Shown one piece after another: positions 9,515 through 19,713 of a DNA stretch of 64,000 nucleotides. Source of the stretch: an uncultured Rhodopirellula sp. (GTDB lineage Bacteria; Planctomycetota; Planctomycetia; Pirellulales; Pirellulaceae); contig CAXGAI010000023.1 of the NCBI GenBank assembly GCA_964007735.1, positions 1 to 64,000 of the forward strand. Reading direction: 5' to 3'. Numbering within the stretch: the stretch's first letter is position 1; every line of letters starts with the position of its first letter. A model generated the notes under the pieces. It was not told the DNA's origin. It worked only from the letters and a program-made list of their open reading frames with translations, and did not search any database. The translations under genes and the position numbers were made by a program.

Positions 9515-10570
9515 ATGGATTATCCAGTGATAAGGGTCGCGTGTTTTGGAGACCCATGCAACAACCTTCGCTCCACCATGGTATCCAATGGGATAGAGAT
9601 TTCGGAAGTTTTCGACGGACCGGATCTGGATGGTTGGGAAGCTGTTTTGGCGAACCAAAACTTGGATGCCATTGTCTTCAGTGCTACTCAAAGGACCTCA
9701 GAAAATCAGGATATCCTCAGGACACTGATGCAAAATCAAATCCCTGTCGCAATCGTTAGTCCCGACGCAGATAGCCTTTTCGCGTATGAACTCGAAATGA
9801 TTCGATTAGATGCCGGGGGGCGTTTAGCTGCGATTCTACCAAAGCATTGTAAGCATAGCCTGGAAGCTACCACCGTTCAGGGCCAGGCCATGTTATCCGG
9901 CCCTTCGTTATCGCATATCTACGAACACTTAACAAACGACCTACTTTATCTCGAAAACGCCCTTGGCGCACCAAAATACGTTTTTGCTATGGGTGCCCGA
10001 TTAAATGAGGACGTTAGAAATTTAACGATCAATGTTGAATTTGATAGCGGCTGCTTACTGAATTGGCATGTCGGCTCACCCAAATGCCATAGCCAATTCC
10101 AGCAAGACAATGTTCGAATGGACTTTGATCACGAGGCCTACTCGACAACTTCCGTCAGGCAGACACTTGAACAACTTGCTGACAACGAATGGGATCAGGA
10201 ATCTTGGGTCCGTTATGCAACAACTCGTGAAGCCGCAGAACTAATCAGCATTTCATTAAAAAAAGGTAGACGCATCGAGATCTTCGAAGGAAACCCGACA
10301 GAAGCGGATTCGTTTAAAGGAGTGATGTCGACGGCCGGATGCTTGATTTTGATCCTTGCTTTAGTAGTGATAGCTGGCCTCGCGATCCTTGATATTGGAC
10401 AAATCTCTGAAACAAGAGATGCACACCTAACCGCCCTCGAATCGAATGGGGCGGATAAACAAGAACGCTGGCCCCTCTGGTTAAGGCTATGGCCAGTCTA
10501 TCCTTTGGCAGTCTTTCTCGCCTTTCAATTCCTGCGATTGGTAATCCGAACAGAAGTGAAAAGTAGGTAG
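9515..10570 (+). CDS. Divergent Gfo/Idh/MocA-like protein with two C-terminal TM helices
   Basis: WEAVLANQNLDAIVF and ELISISLKKGRRIEI segments; hydrophobic C-terminus. Confidence 0.55.
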   Translation: MDYPVIRVACFGDPCNNLRSTMVSNGIEISEVFDGPDLDGWEAVLANQNLDAIVFSATQRTSENQDILRTLMQNQIPVAIVSPDADSLFAYELEMIRLDAGGRLAAILPKHCKHSLEATTVQGQAMLSGPSLSHIYEHLTNDLLYLENALGAPKYVFAMGARLNEDVRNLTINVEFDSGCLLNWHVGSPKCHSQFQQDNVRMDFDHEAYSTTSVRQTLEQLADNEWDQESWVRYATTREAAELISISLKKGRRIEIFEGNPTEADSFKGVMSTAGCLILILALVVIAGLAILDIGQISETRDAHLTALESNGADKQERWPLWLRLWPVYPLAVFLAFQFLRLVIRTEVKSR

Positions 10571-10660
10571 TTTACGCAGTATTGGCTGACTTTACGGGCT
10601 GGGTACGCCTTGATCAATACTCTGCTAGCAGATGCCGAAAATACAGTTATTGTCGATTGT

Positions 10661-12022
10661 ATGGCTTATTTAGAGTATCGTATCCCCGTGTCTCGCATCT
10701 GCATAGCTTTCATCATTAGCTTGTCTTGGTCCTTGATTTGTAGCCTTGATAAAGCTTCCGCTCAGCAACCCGAAGTGGCTGCCAGATTAACTCCTGTCGT
10801 GCGCGCCGTGCAACGGACTGCACCGTCTGTGGTTAATATCAGCGGAAGGAAGCCCGCTAACCAACCTCAGCAACTTAATAACAGGGGCGATAGCGAAGTT
10901 AACGGGATGGGAACAGGACTTATTATCGATTCCCGTGGCTACATTCTCACCAATCACCATGTCATCGCCGGTATTGATCGGATTCAGGTTCGTTTGAGTC
11001 GTAGCGCCGATATGGATATCAAGGATTATGCTGCACAAATCGTTGCCGTTGATTCTCCAACCGACCTTGCCGTGATCAAAATCGAAGCCGATGCAGCGTT
11101 ACCGGTCATACCCTTGGCGACCTCGTCGGACCTAATGTTAGGAGAAACTGTTATCGCCATCGGAAATGCCTACGGTTACGAAGATACCATCACCAAAGGG
11201 ATTATTAGTTGCCTCCAACGTCAAGTGCAAGTAACCGAAGAACAAGTCTATCAAAATCTAATACAAACTGATGCAAGCATTAATCCCGGAAATTCTGGTG
11301 GACCGCTGATAAACATTCACGGCGAGGCGATTGGTATCAACGTTGCCGTAAGGGTCGGTGCACAGGCAATTGGATTTGCCATTCCCATGGATTATGCGAT
11401 GAAAGTTACCAATACAATGCTTCGCGACGCTGTTGAGCGTCGCCTAGCGTCGGGCATCCAAGTGATCACCAAGATCGTAGGTCGTAAAACCCAAGTCTGT
11501 GTGTCAGTTGTCCAAGAAAATAGCCTCGGATCTTTGTCAGGGCTTCAGGAACGAGATCAAATATTGAAATTTGGCGGACATGATTTATCTTGGGCGTGTG
11601 AAGTCTACCTTAACATCCTGGAAAATGGATTTACGCCAACGACCTTGAAAGTACAACGCAACAACGAAACACATTCATTGTCGTTTGGTGCCGAGACGAA
11701 GGTAACCGAAAACGCATTCGCGACAAACCGCGCTTGGAGCGAACTGGGAATCCGTGTTTCTCCAGTATCCTTCCGAAGCCTACCAGGCAAAAATAAATAT
11801 GAAGGCGGATTAAAAGTGATACAGGTTCGTAATGAAGGTCCCGCCAGCCAGCAGGGCATACAAGCAGGGGACGTCTTGCTCGCCATCCACAAATGGGAGA
11901 CATTAAGCTTAGACAATTTAGAATATATCCTAAATAGTGAAGTGGTGGCCAGCCGTAGGCCTGTCACCTTCTACATTTACCGTGACACCGAATTCTTCTT
12001 TGGTGAATTTTTCAAAGAGTAG
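10661..12022 (+). CDS. HtrA/DegQ-type trypsin-like serine protease with PDZ domains
   Basis: Catalytic triad LTNHHV, TDLAVIKI, NPGNSGGP; two PDZ-like segments; signal-like N-terminus. Start uncertain. Confidence 0.93.
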   Translation: MAYLEYRIPVSRICIAFIISLSWSLICSLDKASAQQPEVAARLTPVVRAVQRTAPSVVNISGRKPANQPQQLNNRGDSEVNGMGTGLIIDSRGYILTNHHVIAGIDRIQVRLSRSADMDIKDYAAQIVAVDSPTDLAVIKIEADAALPVIPLATSSDLMLGETVIAIGNAYGYEDTITKGIISCLQRQVQVTEEQVYQNLIQTDASINPGNSGGPLINIHGEAIGINVAVRVGAQAIGFAIPMDYAMKVTNTMLRDAVERRLASGIQVITKIVGRKTQVCVSVVQENSLGSLSGLQERDQILKFGGHDLSWACEVYLNILENGFTPTTLKVQRNNETHSLSFGAETKVTENAFATNRAWSELGIRVSPVSFRSLPGKNKYEGGLKVIQVRNEGPASQQGIQAGDVLLAIHKWETLSLDNLEYILNSEVVASRRPVTFYIYRDTEFFFGEFFKE

Positions 12023-12093
12023 TTGCCGTTATATTACCCTATTGTGACACGTTAGGATCCAACTGATTTATTCCGTTTACAAGGCACGCTCGT

Positions 12094-12987
12094 TTGATGG
12101 AAGCCGAGTTTATTCGTTGGTTGAAAGCCACACTACCACAGCAATCGCGCACCCAGGCTGGTATAGGCGATGATTGCTCGACGATGGACCTCGCTCCAGA
12201 TTTGACACCTGTTATCACCACGGACGCACTTGTCGATCAAGTACATTTCGACATCCGTTCACAGTCATTACGAGTTATTGGCCGCAAATCTCTGGCAGTT
12301 AACCTAAGTGATATCGCCGCAATGGGAGCCACTCCAGTGTATGCGGTGGTATCCCTAATCTCGCCCAGGAATTTTAAGCTCTCTGATCTGCAGGAATTAT
12401 ATACCGGCATCCTCACGGTCGCCGAAGAAAGTGGCACTTTAATTATCGGGGGAGATTTCAACTCCTATGATGGACCACTCATTGTGAGCATCACGGCGAT
12501 TGGGACCGTTCCGCGGGCAGACATTAAATATCGCTTTACGACGCAGGTTCACGACCGAATTTTCGTAACCGGTCCACTAGGCAGGAGCCTCACGGGGCAT
12601 CACCTTACCTTTACTCCCCGCCTAACCGAGGGCAGTATCCTTGCAGCTCACCCTGAAGTTCACGCCGTAACGGATATAACCGACGGCCTTGTGGTAGATC
12701 TCGATACGATTTTAACGGGCGATCTCGGGGCGGTCATTCAAGCAAGCTCTATTCCCTGCCGTCATCCTTCCGACGACAATCAATCAGATATCTCGCATGC
12801 TTTATATGACGGAGAGGACTTTGAGTTGTTATTCACTGTTTGTTCAGACGCCAAAATCGGGAGCCTGACCGACGCTTTACCCGTTGATATTTATGAAATC
12901 GGTGTCGTCAATAAAAACAATAAAATCCAGCTCCAACTTCAAGACGGAACGACGCAAACGTTGAGGATTCGAGGTTATGAACACTAA
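12094..12987 (+). CDS. thiL: Thiamine-monophosphate kinase
   Basis: GIGDDC, NLSDIAAMGATP, IGGD, DITDGL, GEDFELLFT. Confidence 0.95.
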   Translation: MMEAEFIRWLKATLPQQSRTQAGIGDDCSTMDLAPDLTPVITTDALVDQVHFDIRSQSLRVIGRKSLAVNLSDIAAMGATPVYAVVSLISPRNFKLSDLQELYTGILTVAEESGTLIIGGDFNSYDGPLIVSITAIGTVPRADIKYRFTTQVHDRIFVTGPLGRSLTGHHLTFTPRLTEGSILAAHPEVHAVTDITDGLVVDLDTILTGDLGAVIQASSIPCRHPSDDNQSDISHALYDGEDFELLFTVCSDAKIGSLTDALPVDIYEIGVVNKNNKIQLQLQDGTTQTLRIRGYEH

Positions 12988-13471
12988 TATCACGGAAGGC
13001 AAGTTGATATCCCATTCCGAGGCCGATACCGATGCCGTGGCTAACGCCTTTAGCCGGTCGATTCCCAATAGCGTTACCATTGGGCTTAATGGAACGCTGG
13101 GAGCCGGCAAGACCCGATTTGTACAGGGTGTATGCGTTGCTTTAGGTGCCAGTCCGGAAGAGATTACAAGCCCTACTTTCGTAATTTGCAATCAATATCG
13201 CCTGGAAAAGAGTGTCTTCCATCTTGATGCATATCGAATAAAAGACGACGACGAGTTTTTCCAATTGGGTGTTGATGAAATGTTTTTGAGTAATGGATAC
13301 GTTTTCATTGAATGGGCTGACAAATTTGAAGCCATGCTTCCGCGCGAACGGATTACTGTAACCATCGATGTCCTTGGTGAAACCAGCCGTCAGTTTTGTA
13401 TTAGTGGCACTCCCAAGTATGCGCTAGCAATTAATCAATTGCTTCGAGAGTGCTTCGATCTTCAGTTATAG
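12977..13471 (+). CDS. tsaE: tRNA t6A biosynthesis ATPase
   Basis: GTLGAGKT, ITSPTF, HLDAYR, IEWAD. Confidence 0.95.
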   Translation: MNTNITEGKLISHSEADTDAVANAFSRSIPNSVTIGLNGTLGAGKTRFVQGVCVALGASPEEITSPTFVICNQYRLEKSVFHLDAYRIKDDDEFFQLGVDEMFLSNGYVFIEWADKFEAMLPRERITVTIDVLGETSRQFCISGTPKYALAINQLLRECFDLQL

Positions 13472-13544
13472 GTTTGATTCTTCGACCATCGTTCTGATAG
13501 AATACCGGCCGGCGATGATAACAACCCTGAACGGATGACGCCTT

Positions 13545-16322
13545 GTGCCGGACCGAATAACCTATCTGGGATGGGACTCCCCTCCAGTCCAACTCCTGCA
13601 GGAATGGCTAATAAACCATTTCAACGAAGATTCCCTTCTTGACCTCTCCCGTGTTACCATCGTGTTGCCGTCGGCCAGTGCGATCCGGCAACTTCAACAA
13701 GGCCTCATTCAATCGGCAAAGTCTAGCGGTACCTCCTTTTTACCGCCAGACATGACGACGGTTGGGGGACTTCCCGAAAAACTGTATCCCCACAATAGGC
13801 CGGCTGACCCTACCTTCCAGCAACTAGCATGGTACAAGGCGATCAGGAATACTTGCTTGGAAGGCAAACTTAGTACCTTTCTTCCCCAAGCACCTCACCA
13901 AAGCAATAACCGGGCCTGGAATCAGTTGGCTGACGCCGTGGCTAGGGTCCACCGTGAATTGTCTGGAGACGGAATCAGTTTTTCGAATATTGTGTCATTC
14001 TATGAGAATGAAGGGCTAGGCCATGAAGTAAAGCGTTGGAAAGACTTGGAACGAGTGCAAAACGCCTATTTCACAATCCTCGATCAGAATCAGGTTTGGG
14101 ATCTACAAAAAGCACGGCTCATTGCAATTGGGAATTCAGAGATCTCTGCACCACCCGGCCAGCGATTTATCGTTGCGGGGTGCTCTGACCTTACAAACAC
14201 ACTAAGAGAGTTCCTTGCGTCTATTTCCGCTCAGACCGAGTTCATCGTATTTGCGCCTCAATCAATGCGAGACCGTTTCGATCGCGTCGGCTGTCTCATT
14301 TCAGAGGCTTGGAATGCTCATATCCCTTCCATCCCAATAGAACAGATTAAAATCGCCGGAGACCCTAACCATCAGGCAGAATTGGTTCTAGACACGATAA
14401 CTACCTTACCGATTACTACCACAAGAGCTGATATCCTGATAGCCACTCCTGATTCTTCAGATGAAAAAACGATTGTTAGGCAATTAGCGGCGCATGACAT
14501 CATGTTCAACGTTCCAACGGGGCCTTGCTTAGTTGATACGAAAATACCGGTCTTACTCCGGCTAATTGGTGATTACGTAGCAACGCAATCATTTCAATCA
14601 CTGGCGAGCCTTTTACGCCACCCCGACGTTGCTTCTTGCCTGATTTCGGATTTGGATATCACCCGGGTCTTAACAGAATTAACGGAATATCACGAAGAAT
14701 GTCTTCCTTTGGATGGCTCTGAGATACGGAACAGCCAAAATCAATACCCAGAACTAGCTGAGGCTACCAAGCAAATACGAAAATGGTTTAGACCGATTCT
14801 TTCGTCCGGTGAAGACGGCAGGGATATCCACATCGCCTTACTTTCAATGCTGGATACGATTTACGGAGACCTTACGCTGCACCGTGATGAACACCGTGCG
14901 GAAATCAAATCGTTATCATCAATCACTCAAGTCTCCACCGAATTAGGGAAAGCGTGCAAGCAACTCGATTTAAAACTGGCTGCCGGAGACTTCCTCTCAC
15001 ATGTCTTAAGCGTTTTAGCACAATCGCATGTTCCCGCGGCTTCGGTCCCGAATGCAGTTTCCATCTCCGGTTGGCTGGACACTCCGTGGTCAACCCACCG
15101 GAACATCATCGTGACAGGCCTTAACGAAGGTATTGTCCCTACCACATCAAATACAGACCTTTTCATCGATGACCAAACACGCCATGCTTTAGGCTTACTA
15201 ACTAATCAGCGCCGACTTGCTCGAGATGCCTATGCGCTGACTTTATTGCAAAACAGTCGTGATCTGACCGTCATCTGCAAAAAAAACAACTCCCAGGGCG
15301 ACCCGCTACCCATTTCCCGCCTATTGCTTCACGGTGCCGTTGAGCAGCAGGCCGATCTAATCAAACGTTTCAGTAGTGGCCAAACGACGGTCGGCCTACA
15401 CCAGGTTAAGCGATGTGGCACAAAGAACACTCTACCAGCGTTGGAAATACAGCTAGCCCCCTATCCTGCCGAATCTATTAGTGTGACAGATTTACGCCGT
15501 TTTCTGACTTGTCCTTTACGCTATTACCTTGGAGCAGTTCTTGGACTCAGTAAGACGGACGATAGTTCCAGAGAATTATCACCACTAGCCTTCGGAAACT
15601 TGATTCACAACGTCTTGTACCGATTCGGAACATCAGACGTCAAGGAATCCAGCGACGAATCTGAAATCGCCACTTTTCTTGAAAATACCGCAACGAAGCT
15701 TTTTCGCAGCCGATACGGTAGAGACACTTATCCAGCCGCTAAACTACAACTCCAACAGGCCTACCACCGTTTACGGGCATTTGCCAAATGGCAAGCCAAT
15801 TGGAGGGCCGAAGGCTGGAAGATTGTTGAAGCAGAATATAGCCCCTCTGAGCCGGTCATCATTTTAGAAGACTATCCCGACTGTAAAATACGTGGGCGAA
15901 TAGACCGGATTGATTACAATGTGCACAATTCGACTTATGCGATTTTTGATTACAAGACGGGCGAATCATCGGATACTCCTGAAAAGGTACATCGTTCGTC
16001 ACAATCGCCGGGCTGGGCTGACCTCCAACTACCAATGTATAGGCACCTATGCGGTGACCTCACTGCTGGTAGCCGGATAATCTTAGGCTATATAACGCTG
16101 GGGAAAGATCTATCGTCCATTGGTCACCAAATGGCGAATTGGGACGAGCACATCCTGCAAGATGCCGACAAGGTGGCGGTCGAAGTAATTCAGGCAATAA
16201 GAAAAGGTGATTTTTCCGATGCTAATCCGAACGTAAACCCATTATTTGATGAGTATTCTGACTTATTGGGACTTACGACCCTAGATCACACTGGGTATAC
16301 CACGACAAAGATGCCGTTATGA
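13545..16322 (+). CDS. addB: AddB-like subunit (inactive helicase plus PD-(D/E)XK nuclease)
   Basis: GLNEGIVP, ISVT...CPLRYY, FGNLIH, RGRIDRID, DYKTG, LQLPMY; ATGA overlap with addA. Confidence 0.8.
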   Translation: MPDRITYLGWDSPPVQLLQEWLINHFNEDSLLDLSRVTIVLPSASAIRQLQQGLIQSAKSSGTSFLPPDMTTVGGLPEKLYPHNRPADPTFQQLAWYKAIRNTCLEGKLSTFLPQAPHQSNNRAWNQLADAVARVHRELSGDGISFSNIVSFYENEGLGHEVKRWKDLERVQNAYFTILDQNQVWDLQKARLIAIGNSEISAPPGQRFIVAGCSDLTNTLREFLASISAQTEFIVFAPQSMRDRFDRVGCLISEAWNAHIPSIPIEQIKIAGDPNHQAELVLDTITTLPITTTRADILIATPDSSDEKTIVRQLAAHDIMFNVPTGPCLVDTKIPVLLRLIGDYVATQSFQSLASLLRHPDVASCLISDLDITRVLTELTEYHEECLPLDGSEIRNSQNQYPELAEATKQIRKWFRPILSSGEDGRDIHIALLSMLDTIYGDLTLHRDEHRAEIKSLSSITQVSTELGKACKQLDLKLAAGDFLSHVLSVLAQSHVPAASVPNAVSISGWLDTPWSTHRNIIVTGLNEGIVPTTSNTDLFIDDQTRHALGLLTNQRRLARDAYALTLLQNSRDLTVICKKNNSQGDPLPISRLLLHGAVEQQADLIKRFSSGQTTVGLHQVKRCGTKNTLPALEIQLAPYPAESISVTDLRRFLTCPLRYYLGAVLGLSKTDDSSRELSPLAFGNLIHNVLYRFGTSDVKESSDESEIATFLENTATKLFRSRYGRDTYPAAKLQLQQAYHRLRAFAKWQANWRAEGWKIVEAEYSPSEPVIILEDYPDCKIRGRIDRIDYNVHNSTYAIFDYKTGESSDTPEKVHRSSQSPGWADLQLPMYRHLCGDLTAGSRIILGYITLGKDLSSIGHQMANWDEHILQDADKVAVEVIQAIRKGDFSDANPNVNPLFDEYSDLLGLTTLDHTGYTTTKMPL

Positions 16323-19300
16323 CTCCCCTGCAACACATATTAATACGAGCTTCAGCAGGTACCGGCAAAACCTTTCAATTATCTAATCGCTATATATCAT
16401 TGCTTGCGACCGGTGCATGTCCAACCTCAATACTGGCAACGACCTTTACCAGAAAAGCCGCCGGCGAAATTAGGGACCGAATCTTAGAGAGGCTCTCCGA
16501 CGCCATCCTTAATCCGAAAGCGGCGGCAGATCTGTTATCTCACCTCGAAATTAATCAAACAAACTCAGATTGTGATTTCGAAGCGTGCTTTCTAGCAATG
16601 GTAGATAATCTACACCGACTCAACATCGGTACATTAGATTCATTCTTTTCCATCTGGACCACAAAACTCTCTTTGGAGATTGGTCTCACTCCAGGCTGGT
16701 CAATCTTAAGCACAACCGAATATGATGCTCTGGTTCAATCCGCGATTTCCGATGTTGTCCAATTCGGTAAGAATACAGATCTATCGCGTCTGCTGATGTT
16801 GCTCAATAAAGGCACGGTAAACCGCAGCGTGACAAAGAATATACATGACGCGATCGACAAATTGAGATCGCTGTATTTGCAGTCGGACAAAGACGTTTGG
16901 AATCAGCCTTTACACCAACCCCATTTCCAGCCTACCGAACTCGAAACCGCCTTGGGTGAACTCGAAGTTGCTGTTAAAGAAGTTGACAAGACTCAATTAG
17001 TAAAGGGAATATTGTCCGATATCGAATTACTTCGCAAGGAAAACTTTTCCAAAGCGATAGGGCAAGGAGTTCTAAAGAAAATAATCGAAGGGTCGACCAA
17101 ATACGGTAGCGTTGAAATTCCTACGACCATTGCTTCCCACTACCAACCCATCATCGAATTCATTGGAAACCGATTTTCGAAGGAAATATACCATCAGGCA
17201 TTAGCTACATACGATCTTCTAACTCAATTTACACGCTCTTTTAATAAGCTCAAAACGCTTTCGAACAAACTAGAGTTTTCTGACGCAACGGACTATGCTG
17301 CTAGGATCGAACAACTACCCCGCGAAATACTGCAGCGGCTGAACATCGATATCAGGCATTTACTATTGGACGAGTTCCAGGACACATCCGTTCCGCAATG
17401 GAAGGCGATTTCTCATCTCGTCTCAGAAGTTACCAAATACCCCGGTGACTCCACGCAATCCTTATTCTGTGTTGGAGACACCAAACAAGCAATCTATGGT
17501 TGGCGTGGAGGACGACGTGAGATATTTGAAACTCTAAGTAACTCCGTGGAAGATCTCCAAACGGACCGACTCATTAACAGTTATCGTTCTTCCAGTATCG
17601 TTTTGGACTTCATAAATTCCGTTTTCACCAATCTTTCTAATCATGACCGTATGGGATCGCTTGCCCCCGTACTGCGTGATTGGTCCGACGACTTCAAAAC
17701 GCACTCCGCCGCAATGGATCTTCCTGGTTTCGTCCATTACCAAAATGCCGCTCCCGCCAGCAAAGCCACAGACCGATTGACGAATTGTCTGTTGGAAACG
17801 GTGAAACGCGTCAAGGAACTTTTAGCCGCCAACAAGGAAATGACAGTAGGCGTACTATTACGCAAAAACGATGACATCGGCAAACTGATACAGTTACTTG
17901 GCAGTGAGGGTATCGTCGCAAGCGAAGAAGGCGGAAATACCTTGACTCGTTTCGCACCGGTTCAACTCATTCTCAACTGGCTTCACTTACTTGAGTTTCC
18001 AAATGATTCTCTGGCGCTGTATCAAATTGTACGATCGCCACTATCGACTCGACTGCAGTCCGACGGGCCCGATCATCAGCTCAGTGGCGAACAACTCACC
18101 GCAGAAAGAGCAGATCTTCTACAGAATGGGCTCGGTAACTATATCGCAGAGTTGAAGAAATCTCTCGACGGCTTCCTCAATTCTTCGCAACATTTTCGTC
18201 TTGAACAGCTAATTCAATATGCGGATACCTTTGAATCAGAAAGTCCGCTCCGGCTTTCCGAATTTATTGACTCAGTGGCAATCGAGCGGTTTACTGACGA
18301 AACATCGGCTCGAGTAAGAGTGATGACCATTCATGCTTCGAAAGGTTTGGAATTTGACGCGGTAATTCTACCGCACTTGGAACCAGCATTGAAACGAACA
18401 CCGGACATCATCGTCAAACGCACGACTGACCAGTTGCCCGGGGCAATCTTCCCCTATCGCAGTGATAAAATTCAACCGCTACTTCCTAATCGCTATCGCG
18501 AAGCCGTTAAGGAAACTGCCACTGAACAACTTCAGGAGGCCTTGTGTGTCCTTTACGTCGCCATGACACGCGCAGCACATGCCCTTTATCTAATAGGGCC
18601 GAGTCAGCCCAAGCCTCCGAAAGAAGTTCCTGTTACCCTAGCAGGCCTGATTCAAATGGCCATTAACGAGAGTTATGATTCCACAGGCAACTGTACCGTA
18701 TATGAAAAAGGAGATCGTAACTGGTACGCATCGAAGAGCGGGCGCGGCGAAATAGATGATGTTCGTCCAGAGATGCCAACTGGCCTGAATAGGCAACACC
18801 ACGGTAATGCTCAACTACTGCCTACCGCTTCGCCCTCCAGCCTTGAAGGTGGTGAATTTCTCAAAGCGTCAGCGCTACTGCGGCCAACAAGCCATGATGC
18901 TTTGAACTTTGGTACGTTAGTCCACCAACTTTTCGAAGAAATTGATTGGTGGTCTCCTGAGGATAACGAGCATTATCTCCAGAGGCTGGATGACCGCAAA
19001 ATAGAATGGGACGACTCGTTGAGACGTATTCTCGACACTCTGCAACTTTCCACTGATGTATCCAGGATTTTGACTCCAGAGTTCTATAACGACTTGCCGT
19101 CATTTAACACCACCGATCAACTCATCGTAAAGAATGAGGTGGCTGTCACGTCGATTGTGGACGGCAAGCTAATACGTGGATTTGCTGATCGTATCGTCCT
19201 TGGAATGAGGCAGGGGAAAATCATAGCCGCTGACATCGTGGACTATAAAACAGATGCGCTTGGCGAAAACCAAAGTAAACTCCTAGAACGCACCACCCAT

Positions 19301-19432
19301 TACCGGCCCCAAATAAACGCTTACAGAGCTACCATATCTCAAATGCTTAACCTCAATGATGCTGATGTCAGCGCAAGGCTGCTATTTGTCACAGCCGGCG
19401 TCCACGTGCCAATCGAAGTTGAAAACGAATAA
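16319..19432 (+). CDS. addA: AddA-like UvrD/RecB helicase-nuclease
   Basis: ASAGTGKT, TFTRKAA, DEFQD, VGDTKQAIYGWRG, TIHASKGLEF, LYVAMTRA; nuclease motif GFADR..DYKT. Confidence 0.88.
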   Translation: MTPLQHILIRASAGTGKTFQLSNRYISLLATGACPTSILATTFTRKAAGEIRDRILERLSDAILNPKAAADLLSHLEINQTNSDCDFEACFLAMVDNLHRLNIGTLDSFFSIWTTKLSLEIGLTPGWSILSTTEYDALVQSAISDVVQFGKNTDLSRLLMLLNKGTVNRSVTKNIHDAIDKLRSLYLQSDKDVWNQPLHQPHFQPTELETALGELEVAVKEVDKTQLVKGILSDIELLRKENFSKAIGQGVLKKIIEGSTKYGSVEIPTTIASHYQPIIEFIGNRFSKEIYHQALATYDLLTQFTRSFNKLKTLSNKLEFSDATDYAARIEQLPREILQRLNIDIRHLLLDEFQDTSVPQWKAISHLVSEVTKYPGDSTQSLFCVGDTKQAIYGWRGGRREIFETLSNSVEDLQTDRLINSYRSSSIVLDFINSVFTNLSNHDRMGSLAPVLRDWSDDFKTHSAAMDLPGFVHYQNAAPASKATDRLTNCLLETVKRVKELLAANKEMTVGVLLRKNDDIGKLIQLLGSEGIVASEEGGNTLTRFAPVQLILNWLHLLEFPNDSLALYQIVRSPLSTRLQSDGPDHQLSGEQLTAERADLLQNGLGNYIAELKKSLDGFLNSSQHFRLEQLIQYADTFESESPLRLSEFIDSVAIERFTDETSARVRVMTIHASKGLEFDAVILPHLEPALKRTPDIIVKRTTDQLPGAIFPYRSDKIQPLLPNRYREAVKETATEQLQEALCVLYVAMTRAAHALYLIGPSQPKPPKEVPVTLAGLIQMAINESYDSTGNCTVYEKGDRNWYASKSGRGEIDDVRPEMPTGLNRQHHGNAQLLPTASPSSLEGGEFLKASALLRPTSHDALNFGTLVHQLFEEIDWWSPEDNEHYLQRLDDRKIEWDDSLRRILDTLQLSTDVSRILTPEFYNDLPSFNTTDQLIVKNEVAVTSIVDGKLIRGFADRIVLGMRQGKIIAADIVDYKTDALGENQSKLLERTTHYRPQINAYRATISQMLNLNDADVSARLLFVTAGVHVPIEVENE

Positions 19433-19678
19433 GCGACGTTGCGGCTCACTCTTCGTGCAGCCCCAGCAGTCCTACTTGATGTGGGGTGAAAGGCATTTCT
19501 ATTATTGGTACTATCCATCTCAGCCTACATTACACCACCTCTCGGAACTGCGATTTGGTCTATCGCTGATTTTTAACCAAGGTTGGCATCAAAATTAAAT
19601 CATTAGGCGACATTTCTTACCCAGATCTAAATTCCCAGTCTTCGACATATGATGCAACCCTTTCTCGCCAACGGGTTT

Positions 19679-19687
19679 TGGTACAAT
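19679..19687 (+). promoter_or_regulatory. Extended -10 promoter element (TG-G-TACAAT)
   Basis: TGnTAnAAT match 26 nt upstream of ATG 19714, which has an AGAGG RBS. Confidence 0.45.
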
Positions 19688-19713
19688 ATCAATTCAACTT
19701 AGAGGAAAACACG

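Noticed and set aside
13545..19432. Helicase-nuclease pair as a defence system or Cas4-related module
   Set aside because: Motifs, gene order and the thiL-tsaE context fit housekeeping AddAB; no CRISPR repeats or cas genes are present.
19356..19598. 80-aa ORF overlapping the addA end, and the intergenic gap up to 19678
   Set aside because: No RBS or motif, and I saw no convincing RNA structure.
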